The notes beneath the pieces were generated by a model that did no database searches, was not told where the DNA came from, and worked only from the letters and a program-made list of their open reading frames with translations. Positions 51,414 to 64,000 of a stretch of DNA of 64,000 nucleotides are shown one piece after another; position 1 is the stretch's first letter; each line of letters opens with the position of its first letter. Source of the stretch: Cenococcum geophilum (lineage: Eukaryota). The position numbers and the translations under genes are program-made. The stretch lies in contig CP158635.1 in the NCBI GenBank assembly GCA_050273025.1, forward strand, positions 5,084,001 through 5,148,000, given 5' to 3'.

Positions 51414-51957
51414 GGGCGTATTTAGTTATAGCTTTAGATTAAATCTGGAGCCTTAATCTAATCTAAAAGTGTCTGTTTAGTTAATCTGGCGACTTTTTAA
51501 TCTAGAGCTCCTTTAGATCGGCAACCGCGTTAAATTCGCACGCTTTACCGTATATAGTAGTTAAACTTAAGCTCTTAGCGTTAGATTAATCTGGAGCTTT
51601 TTTCTCTAGATTAATTATTAAGTCAAATCTAGAGCTCTGCTCGTACGTTTGCCCACTATGCCCCTAACCGCCACTACCCTTACTAATAATAGATTACTAC
51701 TGCAGCTGCAGACCTATACGATATCCTCTTAATTAATTCTTATTGTCGCTGTTTAGATCTAACTAGGCAAAAGACGTCGCTAATCCTAAGCCCCATCTAA
51801 GGCCTTTTTATTAGAACGATTAACCAAACAGTTAGCTTTATTTTAGATTGAGTATAACCACCAGATTAAGCGCCACTAATTATCTTCTAATTGACGCCGG
51901 TGAAAGCACGGATTAACGTCAGATTGAAAAGGCTCCAGATTGCAACCAAACACGCCC
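51414..51957. mobile_element. PIF/Harbinger (Tourist-like) MITE, 544 bp
   Basis: TAA TSD (51411-51413, 51958-51960). TIR GGGCGTGTTTGGTTGCA (left copy RIP-mutated). Multiple subterminal AATCTGGAGC motifs. Host RNase H frame rejoins. Confidence 0.9.
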
Positions 51958-52329
51958 TAAGTTATTATTAGGCCCACTAGTTAGAATATCTATCTTATTT
52001 CTAATTCTTAATTATATACCGTCTAGGCGTTTAAGGTTAAAAGCTTAATATTCTAATCTAAGGCTTATAGGATATACTAGCACTAAAAGAAATACGCTCT
52101 TACCGAAACTAAACCCTACTTTACCCTAAACTATTTAATCCTTTTACTAAAAATCTTATAGTATATGTCCTTAAAATAACTAATTAAATAGATTATAATT
52201 AACAAATACCTAAATAATAAGTTTATTTAAGAGACGCTTAAGCTAATATAAGATAGTATTAGACAATTTAAAAGGGTTTCTTTAAGTAAATATAAAGCTT
52301 ATAGAGATCGCTTATACTACTATAAGCTA

Positions 52330-55324
52330 GCAACCCAACGGTGGTACGCCTAGGTAATATAGTATTATAGTTTAACTAAGTAACCTATACGTATACTATT
52401 GAGCAGCGCGTAATAAGGATCTAGGTTAGAGAAGCAAGTATTTAAGAAAGTGCTTATAAGTCTAGTACGGAAACAGTTATTAAGCTTATTAAAGGACTTT
52501 AAACTAAAAATAACTTTATGCTATAAAAGCGCAGCGACAGCATAGATATAGCGAGACGCCGTTAACGCGCTCGCTTAAAGCTAGTATAGTAGTTTAATTC
52601 CGCTAGACTACTTTATTACTACCGGAAGTTATATATACCCTAAGACCTAGTAATTTATATAAAGCTCCTACAGATCTACCATAATAATACCCTAGCTAGC
52701 CACTTTGGTAAGAAAAAGACTCTAGATCTACTCTTGCGTAAGTACTACTAGCCTAGTATAAATACGGACGTTGCGAACTATATCTCTACCTATAATATAT
52801 ACCAACGTATATATGCGCCTTAATATCGCCCTTATAGCGAGCTTTAAGCGCTATCTTACCTAAAACAGCTATAGCAGGAGATTATAATGGACTTTATTAT
52901 AGGCCTACTATCTAGCAGATAAGGTAATAAGGTATATAATGCGATATATATAGTAGTTAACCGCTATACTAAGATGGCCCTATATCTGCCGATAGTAAAA
53001 ACTATTACTATAACTAAACTTGCGGATTTCTTCCTTAATAAAGTAATACACTATTTCGGAATCCCTAGAGGGATTATATCTAATTATCGTAGTATCTTTA
53101 CTAGTAAGTTCTAGTTAAAGCTATACTTTACTATAAAGATAAAATATAGGCTAAGTATAGCCTTTTACCCGTAAATAGACGGATAAATAAAATGCTAGAA
53201 CTAAACCCTAGAGTATTACCTCCGTGTATTCTATAACGAAAAGTAGAGTAACTAGGCAGGCCTTTTATTACTAACTAAATTTGCCTATAATAATACTAAA
53301 TATAATACGACTGGTATAAGCCCGTTCTATACCTATTATAGATTTTACCTACGTCTAAAATATAAGGTTAAGGTAAATAATAATAGTTCTATTCTAGCCG
53401 CCTCTAAGAGGATTAAAAAATTATCCCTTAAATATAAAGCGCTAGCGAAACGCTAGGAAAGCGCCGCTAAGGTATAGGCGAAATACTATAATTGTTATTA
53501 CTAACTATAGATATAACGTAGGGGATCTAGTCCTACTATTAACTAAGAACCTTAAATAGAAAAAGCTGAATAAGAAGCTTATAGTACGCTTTATCGGACC
53601 TTTTAATATAGCTAAACTAGTTGGAAAGTAAGTATATTAACTATATCTACCTATGTCTTACTATATCCACCCTATATTTTATATTAGCTTACTAGAGCTA
53701 TATAAATAATATAAGGGTACTACTAGAAACCTATTACTAGGGCCTATTAAGCTAGATAACTAAGAGGACTAAAAGGACTAGTATAAGGTAGAAGAAATAT
53801 ATAGAAGGAAGGGATATAACTAGACCCTATAGTACCTAGTTAAGTAAAAAGGCTGGCTAAAAAAAATATAACTAATAGGTCCTAGTAAAGGACATTAATA
53901 AGGACGTAAAGGAGATATATAATAGTTACTTTAACCTAAGGGGTAAACGGAAAAGAAAGTAGGTAAGAGAATAAAAAACTTTTAATTATAACTGGGATTA
54001 TACCCTACTAGTAGGGCAACAACGGAACGACGGCGGAGTAATAGTAGTACGCTAATAGAAATATAGATACTCTACGGCTCCATTAAATACTCCCTCTTCT
54101 CCCCTCCTTCCTCCTCCTCCTCCTTCTCTCCCCCCTTATCCTTCTCTCCCTCCTCCTTATTATCCTTATCCTTATCCTCCTCCTTATCCCTTATAATAGG
54201 AGGCATATTAGCCTATAAGTACTATTAGCATACACTATAACGGCGAAATACCTACGCTATAACACGTACTAAAGCGCGCATTATATTAAGAATTCCTTTA
54301 ATGGTATAACGGATGGCCTATAATTCCTGCACTTAAAGTAAAGAAAAGTCTTTACCCTTTAGGCACTAGTGGAGACCGCGCTTAGCGCTAGTATATAGTA
54401 AAGCCTTAACATCCTTTGTAAAGGATCTCTAGGTGGAAGTAACGCGAGTATTAAGGTTAGCTATATCCCCGCTAGTAACCCGCTAGCGCTTAACCCTATT
54501 AATAAGGGCGAGTAGCTTATTTAGGCGGCTATAGAAGGCCTTAGGGACTTAGTTTTATTAGCTATTGGAACCTAAACTAACGTATATAGACTTACTACTT
54601 AGTATAACTTATTTAGTTATTAGCAATAACCATAATTGCGGTTAGCCTACTTGCCGTAGGTAACCTACCTAGTAGTGGCCACCCGCTTAGCGTAGTAGAG
54701 GTAAATTAGTTTAAGTAAGGCTAGGGGAACACCTTATAAACAATAAGGGAGCTTAGACGGCATCTAGTAGGGTTAGCAACAGCTATAAGCTAGTATAAAG
54801 AATACTTATAAAAGGCTTACGAGCAGGCGAACCGGCGGCGTAGCGCTTACGATTTATAATTAATTAGAAATTATAAAGAATGCGAGTTATAGGCTAAACA
54901 AATTAAAATAGAATTAGAAGGGAAATCTAATATCCTACTTAGGTAGGAACTCCTACCTTTATAGATCTTTATAGGGCCCTAGCGTTCTATTATCCTATTA
55001 TTATATTATCTAATTTACTTAAATTTTATTGCATACTTTTTTATTTAGCAAAGGATAATAATAGCACTCCTATTATATAATAGCGTCGGCTAAGAACAGC
55101 CGCTTAAGAAGGGGGGGCAATTATTAGGCTATAGAGACGCACTTGCTGTACCCAGCTTAGCGCAGGCAAAGCGCAGGCGAGGCGCCTATAAAACATAGTT
55201 GCCCCGCACTTAAGAATAGCAGAGTTTAGTTTTATAGTTCTATCCTATTAAGAACTAGATACCTATTATATTTCGCTACTATTATCACGTTATTATATAC
55301 CCTTAGGGCCTTAGCGTCCTAATA
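52330..55324 (+). mobile_element. Gypsy chromovirus D, 5'-truncated (integrase, chromodomain, antisense gene, LTR 55122-55324)
   Basis: HDD.LA.HFG..KT (~52678), FYP.TDGQ.E.QNQTLE (~53163), chromodomain (~53780-53890), polypurine tract 55106-55117, LTR termini TATTAGG...CCTAATA (RIP form of TGTCAGG...CCTGACA). Confidence 0.88.
54071..54858 (-). pseudogene. Spliced antisense accessory gene in the 3' region of Gypsy D (Cys-rich domain, acidic tail)
   Basis: Two GTAAG...GCTAA(C/T)...AG introns (~54764-54821, ~54549-54596). Exon de-RIP reads CLRCAKRVAT...TCGK...RNCGHC; tail GDEEDEDEDDEEEGEK..EEEEEGGEKREYLMEP*. Confidence 0.65.
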
Positions 55325-56512
55325 CTAATTATACCTAACTATAATAAGCTTAAGCTTAAGCTCTTTATATATATATATATATATATATGCTACTAATAGC
55401 CGGCTACCTAGGCTAAGGAAAACCCCTAGAACTACTTTAATAAAAATACTATTAGCTGAATATATAAAACACGATACAAAGGTATATCTTTAGCTACTAT
55501 ATCTGCTAATAAGCTAAAGCTTTATATAAGACGTATAATGGCCTTTTAAAGCCACTGCCTGTTCCGGACCGAAGATAGAAAGATATCTTTATTAATTTTA
55601 TTATTAATTTCCCAGTAAATAAAGGCTATATAAATATTATAGTAGTTATAAACTAACTGCTTAAGATAAGATATTTAATCGCCTACCCTAATATATTAAT
55701 ACTCACTATTGCCTACCTATTCTTAAATTACGTATAAAATCTCTATAGACTTTCTAAAAACAATTATCTCTAATAAAGATAGCTAGTTTATCTCTATATT
55801 TTAGAAAGAACTAACTACCTAACTCTATATAAAAGTGCTATTATCTATAGTATACTACCTATAAATAGATAGTTAAACGGAATGTATAAATGCTATAATA
55901 GAATAGTATATTTGGATATATACGTTATATTTATAGGATAATTAGATTAACTAGCTTATATTTACTAAGTTTACTATAAATAATTTTGTCTTAAAAACTA
56001 TAAAGATCTCCCCATTTCTAGCTAACTATGGCTAGTATCTATAAATGGGGTTAAAACCCTTTAGTAATACCCCTCGGCCCGCTTATTACACCTTATAAGT
56101 TATAAAAGGAAATTAATTTATAAAGAAGATAAAGGAACTATAATAGTTCCTTACTAATAAAATAATATAGGTTTAATATATTTATAGAGCCGCAGTAAAT
56201 AAGAAATAAACCATAGTACTAGCCTACTAAATTAGTATTTTTTTGGCTAGATATAAGAAATTTAAATATAAAAAAAGTTACTAAAAAACTTAACTAGAAG
56301 AACGTTAGCCCTTATAAGGTTAAAAAGGTTATCTCCCCTTACGCCTACTAATTAAAGCTCCCTAATATAGTTAAAATCCACCCTATATTAGTCCTTTACC
56401 CTACTACCCCTATATTAGACACCCTGCCTAAATAGATTTAGGACCCTCCTCTACTAGTTAAAGTAGATAGTAAAAATAAGTACTTTATTAAAAGAATTAA
56501 TAATATTAAGTA

Positions 56513-56746
56513 ACGTAGGTAATAGGGTTATAACGGTCGGCTACTACCGCCTTCCTAATGTAGATAGAATACCAAAATACTGCTAAAATACTGCCAAAAT
56601 GCCTGTTGGGTCGTGCACGATATAACGGCTACTTCTAAGGCATTTTAGCAGTATTTCGGCAGTAATTTAGTGTTCCATCTACATTAGAAAGGCAGTAGTA
56701 GCCAACCGTTATAACTATATCGCCGTTATAACCCTATTACCTATAT
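56513..56746. mobile_element. Tc1/mariner (Fot1/pogo-type) foldback MITE, 234 bp
   Basis: TA TSD (56511-56512, 56747-56748). TIR ACGTAGGTAATAGGGTTATAACGG; the two arms pair over ~80 bp. Host chromodomain frame rejoins. Confidence 0.9.
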
Positions 56747-57140
56747 TATAATAAAAGGAAATGCTAATATATATACCTTATAAAATAGAAAGGCTTTACT
56801 AAGTTCTTATAAGAACTTATTAACTCTATAGGACTTATATAAGCCGTAGAAGACTTTTATAAACTTTACCTAGAACTGCTATAGCCCTATTTTATAGAAG
56901 CTTAAGTTTAAAGGGGGGGTACTTATAAGGGATATTATTGCAGTCACCTTAGGTTGCCCTCAGGACAACCCTTAAATGCCCCTTAAATAGTCGCCGGTTA
57001 TATACTAGAGGTATATACCTATAGTATATAGTCTCTACAATTCTAAAGGCCTTACCTCCTTAAGGATTTGTTTTTTCCTATAATCTATTCTATTCCTATA
57101 ATTGTGGCTTATAGCCCCCTATCTATAAAGTCCCCTTATA

Positions 57141-60100
57141 GTACTATTATAAGATGCCCCTATAATACCTTATATATATCTACCTATTTTTAACTAACTT
57201 AGAAACTAGAGACTAATCATAAGACAGTAATTTAATGGCAATCTATAGTAATCTAACTGCAATCTGCTGCATTCTACTATATTCTACTAAGTTTTACTAA
57301 ATTCTGCTAAGTTCTGTTAGGGCTACTACCTAAATCCTATTCTACTCCTATATATATTAACTAAGTAACTAAGCTAACACTATATACCCTTTCTTCCTAT
57401 TTTCTTACCTTCTTTCCTTATATAATATCTTAACTTTATTACGCAGTTTATATACAAGCTTAATAGTATCTACCTCGCTATATATTATTGCCGCCTATAC
57501 TTATTCTATAATAGCTTATACCTATATTAACGGGAATAATAAAAAGGGGTATAAAACTAGAAGCTATAAAAGGCTTTTACGTTATTAAAAAGTATACTAA
57601 CTTTAGGAGGAAACTTTTATATAGACTACTAGGGGCGGATTAGTGCTTAGGCTAATAACCTATTATAAGATACCCAAGAGAATTGGTAAAAATCTCTATA
57701 TTATTAGTAGTGGCAGCTAACTACTTATAGAAAGCCCTAGGCTATTAGGTTTAGGTAAGGGAAAGCTACTAAAAACCTAGGGTAGAGGCCTAAATAAGTA
57801 GGTATATTAAACTCTACTATATAACTACCTACCTAGCGTAATAAACTTATCAGAGATACGCTATATAAAAACTTAATTAAAAAAATACTTCTAGGAAATT
57901 ACTAATACACTAGTAATAATATTAAAAGCAATGCTAAAGGATATCTAGAGGACTATAAGTAACTACTTAAAAGAATACTACTTAAAAGCCTAGCCTAGTA
58001 AACATGTTTAACGTAAATAGTTAACGTAGTCTGCGGGCCTATGGGTTATGCGGGCCTCCGGGTCACCCCATTTTAAAATCGCGAAAACGTGACGCGTTAC
58101 TTAACTACTACCTTAATAGCTACACCATAACAACAAAATCCCCTTTTTTAAGAAGGTAGACTTATTTTAGCTATTAATGCCTATAATTAAGGCCAATTCT
58201 TAAGTTTCTAATCTGCTGTAATAATATATAATATACCTTTAACTATATCCCAGCGACGTAATAAAGGCATTAAACTAAAACGCGGTTCTATCGCCCTAAA
58301 TTACCGCCTTATACTAGTATAAGAAGAAAGCCTTAAGCAGTGGGTTTTATTAATGGATTAATGCGGTATACCACCTATAATTGCTACCATATGGTAGATA
58401 GCTAGCCTTTTAGCTACTTAGTACGCTGGATTATAACTAGTTAGCGAGTAATAGGTATACAACTTTATTAAGCGCTATAACGACCTATAATCTAAATAAA
58501 ATTGTAAGTATAACTACTAGCGTGCTAAATGCGAGGATCCTATGCTTATTTAGGGCTGGTTTAAGCGTGTTTAAGACATAGTTATATAGTATAGGATTCT
58601 TAATAAGGATATTTAGAATTTTAATAAAACCAACTTTTAGATAGGTGTTATTGCGATTATAAAAGTTATTACTAGAACTAACCGTGCTAGCCGGCCTAGA
58701 ATAGTATAGCTAGGCAATTAAGAATAGGTTATAATTATTAAGTATATTAATACCCTAGGGGTTGCAATTCTATTACTTATTATTTTTAAGGTAGTAATAT
58801 ACTAGGCTACCTAGTATAAGAACGGCATTATACTATATAACTGGTTAATTAGTATTAGCGATAATGGTTAGACAATAAATAAGATTAGCTTAATTTAGCT
58901 ATCTCTATTTTATAAGCATATAAAGGATCGCATGGTTAGCATATATCAGTTACTAGTACTAGATAGCTATAATAGCCATATATTACCTAAATTTAATTAG
59001 TTCTGTCTAGATTATTAAATAGTTGTTCTTTATATACCAGCGCACTTATTATATTTACTATAGTTACTAAATATAGGCTATTTCTTAGCCCTTAAGTAAT
59101 TATACGGACGCCTTATTAAATAGATTATAAGCTATGGTGTTAACTATATTAATAAGTGCAAATTCCTGCCACTATATAGACAGGCTAGGCAGATAGCACT
59201 ACATTAGAATAATATATAGGCAGGATTTACAGCTACTAGCCTTGTTCTATACAGCCCTAATTATATACTGTCGTAGCTATATACTAAATATTAGACACCA
59301 TTACCTTAACGCCGTTTACTATTAAATATATCTTAGATAGCTAAAACGCCTTATAATATTACTAAGCTATAAAGGCAGATAGTCTTACTAAAGCGCTATT
59401 TTAAGTAGCGTATATATAGCCCACCAAGTCTAATAGAACAAGCCCTTAGCCAGCTTATTAAGGGGTGCAAAATAGCAATATTAAGCGCTGTACTGCTTGC
59501 TAGCGAAAATAAGAAGCTACGCATAGAAAACTAGTACTAGAAAAGGAAGAGGGCATAGCCGCGCACGTATATAGCTAGGGGGGGTGTTCTATTAGGAGTA
59601 GAAGGGCTATCTCGTGTATAAGCTGCGGAGGCTTTAGTAGAGGCAGCGGCCGAGCGACCGCAACGAGCACCACGTAAGTACAGTATATGCGCATTAACAG
59701 AACATAATGCACGTACGTGCCCTAGACGTTAAACTAGTAGATAGTAGATAGCTGCACTTAATACAATTATTTATGGTTAAGCAATTTATAATATTTGTTC
59801 TTAGTAGTGGGGTAGGTGACCCGGAGGCCCGTATAACCTATAGACCCGCAGACTACATTACTAGAGGCGGTATAGCTACTTATAGATATAAGAAGGGTAA
59901 GGTAACAGTATAGCGTAATAGGTAAGGCCTACTACTATTAGAGTTATAAGCCCCTAAAGAATAGGCTTAAAAAGACAATAGAGAAGGAGAATAGAAATAG
60001 CTAGCGCTAATTCCTATAGGAAACTATATTAGACCCTACTAAACTATATAACTAGGGACTTTAGTATATATTAAAGTAGAGTAGAAGAGCTATAGGGGAA

Positions 60101-61440
60101 ACGCTAGAAGATCTCTATTTACCTATACTCTACTAAATAAAGTAAGACTAGTATAAATATAATAATAGGAAAAAATTTATATACTAGTAGGAAATAAGGG
60201 ATACTATATAGAAACTCCCTACTAGTAAAGTGGTTAAACTAAATAGGATCTTAAATAACGGAATTAAAGCTATATTAAAAGCGGTAATAATACTACTAGC
60301 TAATACTATAACTATTTATTTTTATAAAGGTAAGCTACTAAATGCTATAAAGAAATAATAATAGTTATCTTATAAAAGGTGAATAAAAAGGACTGTTTCC
60401 TTCTAGGGAGCTACTAACTGGTCGCCCTTAAAAATATACTAAGAAAGGTTTTAGAAAAGATAGTTATAGAATATATATAAGAGGCCGTAGAGGTATAAGG
60501 GTTACTACTATAGATGTAAATAGGCGTAAAAAAGAAACAATTAACCCTTTTAGCCCTTTTTCTAACTACCTCTAGCGTTTAGGCAGTGTAGTAAGCCCGC
60601 CTAAGCTATATAGTATCTATACTAAGCCTAGATATAAGCGGAGCCTTTAACTATATATTATATAAGAGACTTTTATAGATCCTAAGAAATAAAGGCCTAT
60701 TAAATTAGATAATTAAATTTACTTAAGCCTTCTAAATAGGACGCACTACTAAAATAGTATTTAAAGGCTTCGAAAGTAAAATAAGACTAATACCTATAGG
60801 TATCCTATAAGGATTACCCCTACTACTAATCCTATTTCTATTCTTTATATCTAAGCTACTAAGGATATTTAATAGTAACTAAGAAATAGTAGCCTTAGAA
60901 TTTATAGATAATATAAACCTAATTATATAGGGAGATATAGTAGTAAAAAACTGTATTAGGCTAAACTAGGCGTATAATAGGTATATTATATAGGTAAAAT
61001 AATACGGTATTAATTTTATATTAGATAAATACCAGCTTATCTACTTTATAAAAAAAAGAGTAAATAATAATCTAGTATTAACGGTAAATATCTAGGGCTA
61101 TAAAGTAAAACTAGAAATTACCCTTAAGGTCTTAGGGGCCTAAATAAACGCTAAACTAAACTAAAACGTGTATATTATATAGGCGACTTATAAGGAAGCA
61201 GCGGCCTTTATAGCGGCATTATAAATTATAACCTTAACCTAAAGACCCTTATTTAGACACATATGACTACTATATATAGTATTAGTAAGGCTAGCAATAC
61301 TATACGGCGCCTAAATTTAGGTATAGGACTAAATAGTAAAGTATTAGTAAAAAGCTCCCTAGTGCCGCTAGAGAAGCTATAAAACTAACACTTATATAGG
61401 ATTATAGGGGCCTATAAAAGGACACTATAAGCTATAGTTA
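57141..61440 (+). mobile_element. Tad1-like LINE F, internally deleted and 3'-truncated, split by a Fot1-like element
   Basis: ORF1-like sequence at 57530-58023 and 59861-60100. RT motifs KLPTGKA..PD.I, SYRPVALENTL.KVLEK (~60409), SLDISGAFD (~60625), GIPQGSPLSPILFL (~60799), FVDDTNL (~60901), RITGAYKRT (~61398). 5' boundary uncertain. Confidence 0.85.
58024..59858 (+). mobile_element. Fot1/pogo-type Tc1/mariner transposon, full length (1835 bp), RIP-inactivated
   Basis: TA TSD. ~43-bp TIR ACGTAGTCTGCGGGCCTATGGGTTATGCGGGCCTCCGGGTCAC. Transposase ~58116-59740 with NFDET.FQMG (~58617), LVLDGH.SH (~58953), LQ.LDVGCF (~59058) and C-terminal CS.C....HNARTCP. Confidence 0.95.
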
Positions 61441-63636
61441 AACCCCTTTAGTATAATATTTAATTATAATGATATACTTTATATTATAATCTACACCCCT
61501 TAATTAAAGTTTTTTTGGTGTAATATTACAATATACTAACTATTTACAATCTTATTAAGTTTTCCCTACTAAAATCGTTATAACTAGTAGAGATTTTATA
61601 TGGGAGGGACCCTACTTAGCCTGTAAGGTAAATGCCCTATACCCTTTTAGGATACCCGGCCACGTATTAGCCTCTTTTTTCCTACTTATTAATTTAATAC
61701 GTAACTCTATATATAACAATACTATTAGTATTACAATACGGCCGGCCGTACAACCCGCATTATTATAAAGAGTTTTAACTATATACTAGAATGTAAAGTA
61801 GTAGTAATACTACTAGACATATATATAGAAGCAACTACTATATAGAGAGCAACTATAGTATAAAGCTACTTAGTAAAGAAGGAAATATACTAAATATTAG
61901 AATATATATAAGGAGTAAGGGCCCCCTATAGGGGTACTACGCCTAAGCTTATAAGCTAAAAAGCCCTTTAACTATATATAGTAAAGAGAGAATAAAAAAT
62001 ATAGAAGCTATTATAATACTAAGTAAAGACCTAGCGCTACGTTAATAGAGTATTACTATAGTAATAGAGGCTAGGGGTCTACTAGTATAAGTAAAGATTT
62101 ACTATATATATTATAAAATAGATAGATATTAAATAGAAATAACGCTAAAAGAAAGCAGTAAAAGAGTAGAGAGTAACTATATAGAGCACCCTATAGTTAA
62201 TATTAACTCTCCCTCTATATAAAGGATAGATAAAGGCAAAGTTTATAGCTGCATTCTTACTGTAAATAAAAGTCCTAAAACTAAATATATAGCTAGTAAG
62301 TATTTATATCCTAAATACGTATAGATAGCCTAATAGTTCTCTCTTTAGAGTAAATCTTAAAATATAATTAGAGCTAATCTATTAGGCAATTACTTTATAG
62401 TTAGATTTTATTATTAAATTTACCTATATACCTAGCCTATTAATAAGCCTACCTTAGTATCTACTATAAAGCTTTATTACGACCTTTATATTTTCTTTCT
62501 CTTTTCTTTAGATAGGCTATAGTCTAGTAGTAGGTCCTTAGGGTTTATAAGGTGTTATATTCCCTAAAGTATTTACCTTTTTTATCTTTCCCTATTGTTT
62601 TAAAGAAGGATTTAAAGCAGTCTTTTTCTAGCCTTAGTTAGCGAAAAGCTAATTATAGCTTTTTAGGATATATATTCTTAGGGGCTTTAAGAGAAAAGGA
62701 ATAGCCTCCTTTATAGATTCTAGTAGTATTTTTCTTTATCCTTATTCTATTACTAGTTCTTTTTCTCTTACTAGTTTTTCTATATAGGGTCTTTAATTCT
62801 AGTTTATTATATATTTAATCCTATTTCTCTCTCCTATTTTATATACTAGTACTATACTTAATTTACTATCTTTAGAGCTATCTATATAGTATATCTACTA
62901 AGTCCCACTCTAGGGATTCTTATAGATTTTCTACTAGTCTTAGATATTCTTGTATAGCTTCTTCCTTACTACCCCTAGAGATAGAAAAGAATGCAGAAAT
63001 AGGAGGAGACCGCGGTTATTACTAATTTAGAGAAATTCTCTCTATTTTCTAGTTATAAATTAGTTGTTAAACTCTAGACGCTAGAGATAATAGCTGTTTT
63101 TGGCTGTAAAAGGTGCTTTATAGTAGAGTTTTTAGGGCTAGAACTGGAGCTAGAACTAGCTGCTAGTTCGTCTCTATCTTTGTCAATCTCTTCTATATAG
63201 ACCTCCTCGATTGCGTGGTTTTCCTTAAATTTTAGGATTTTAAATGCGTAGCTATTGCAAAGCTTTTCAAATATAATTCTAGGAGGAAAGAGACTATATA
63301 TATAAGAGGGTACCACGAACGGGGTAGACGCCTTCCTTGCTAGTATCTTTTCAAAACAAGCGAACCCTTGCAAAATGGTTGGGCTGTATTATTCTGCTAG
63401 CATACTAGTAGGGAGGGCGTTTGCCCTATACGTGTTACCCCCTTGTATATAGGGTAGGTGATAAGAAGACTGACGGTGATGCTGACGACGATTTATAATT
63501 GTCTCTTTATTGCCACTTAGTCAGTAATAGGTAATAGAAACAGGTGGTGAGTTATAGGGTGATAGGTACGATCTTGGTTGATAGAAAAAATCCTCTAATA
63601 ATACAGAAGCTTCACGTTTACGGTTTTAAGATTACT

Positions 63637-64000
63637 CTATTAAAAAAGAAAATGGAGATCTGACTGCCGGTTTGGGAGGGTTCTGTCGCTGTTTTTGGAG
63701 GTCACGTCGCTAAAATTCCCCGCCGCCTTAAGCCTCTTGCTTGCCGGTCTAACGTTAAGCCTCTCACTTACTGCCCCGTGCCCCTTGCTTTTCAACAGGC
63801 ATACTAATTCATCCCAGAAATATGACCCTTCTACGCGCCTGGCGCTGAAGCTATATATACTCTATGGCTCCTACCTCTGATCTGTTTAATCCAGGCCCCG
63901 TTTCTCTTATTCTTTGCCCTCCCATCTCCTTAACCCTATATTACCGCCATTATTGCCCTAAGTTCTCTTCTAGCTCCCTAGAATGCGGCGCGCTTAATTA
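63637..64000 (+). mobile_element. 5' end of a second copy of the same Starship family (runs off the window end)
   Basis: After TTACT (63632-63636) the sequence is colinear with 13577-~13951 (attaaaaaagaaaat.gagatct.actgc...aagttctcttctagctcccta.aatgcggcgc). Confidence 0.93.

Larger units (their letters stand above)
51256..57140 (+). mobile_element. Gypsy chromovirus E, 3' part (RNase H 51260-52330; integrase, chromodomain and LTR 55325-57140), interrupted by D and two MITEs
   Basis: NYEIYEKELLAIIR (~51267); QYFMTTKQL|SRRQARW rejoins across the first MITE; AGHPG.GKT (~55398); YHP.TDGQTE (~55852); chromodomain rejoins across the second MITE; polypurine tract 56910-56919; LTR ~56924-57140 (TATAAGGG...CCCTTATA). 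Confidence 0.82.

Noticed and set aside
55363..55388. (TA)n microsatellite
   Set aside because: Lies in the Gypsy E integrase frame and is most simply explained by RIP of CA/TG-rich codons.
63695..63880. ORF-track 61-aa secreted-looking ORF
   Set aside because: It is the Starship 5' leader; the homologous stretch at ~13635-13820 has stops and it starts at TTG.

Overview
The window looks like a filamentous-ascomycete transposon graveyard heavily mutated by repeat-induced point mutation (RIP): TpA-rich, CpA/TpG-poor, and reading frames full of TAA/TAG. I found no intact gene. Reverting RIP-type changes by eye reveals a deep nest. A + strand Ty3/Gypsy chromovirus (B, 3770-48685) carries three insertions. 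(1) A second Gypsy (A) sits in its 5' LTR. (2) An internally deleted Tad1-like LINE (6431-11779, 14-bp TSD) begins exactly with an HDV-like ribozyme fold and itself contains a hAT transposon. (3) A complete ~33.9-kb Starship (13577-47428) has TTTACT direct repeats and a DUF3435 captain; its cargo includes BTB/POZ, FunK1 kinase, GNAT, C2H2, Ser/Thr kinase and an inward-facing chromodomain gene, plus several minisatellites. Downstream lie the 3' parts of three more Gypsy elements (C, D, E), two MITEs, a deleted Tad1 LINE with a nested Fot1/pogo transposon, and the 5' end of a second copy of the same Starship (from 63637). Protein calls are manual de-RIP translations with no database search. Pseudogene ends are approximate; TSD and TIR positions were read directly.
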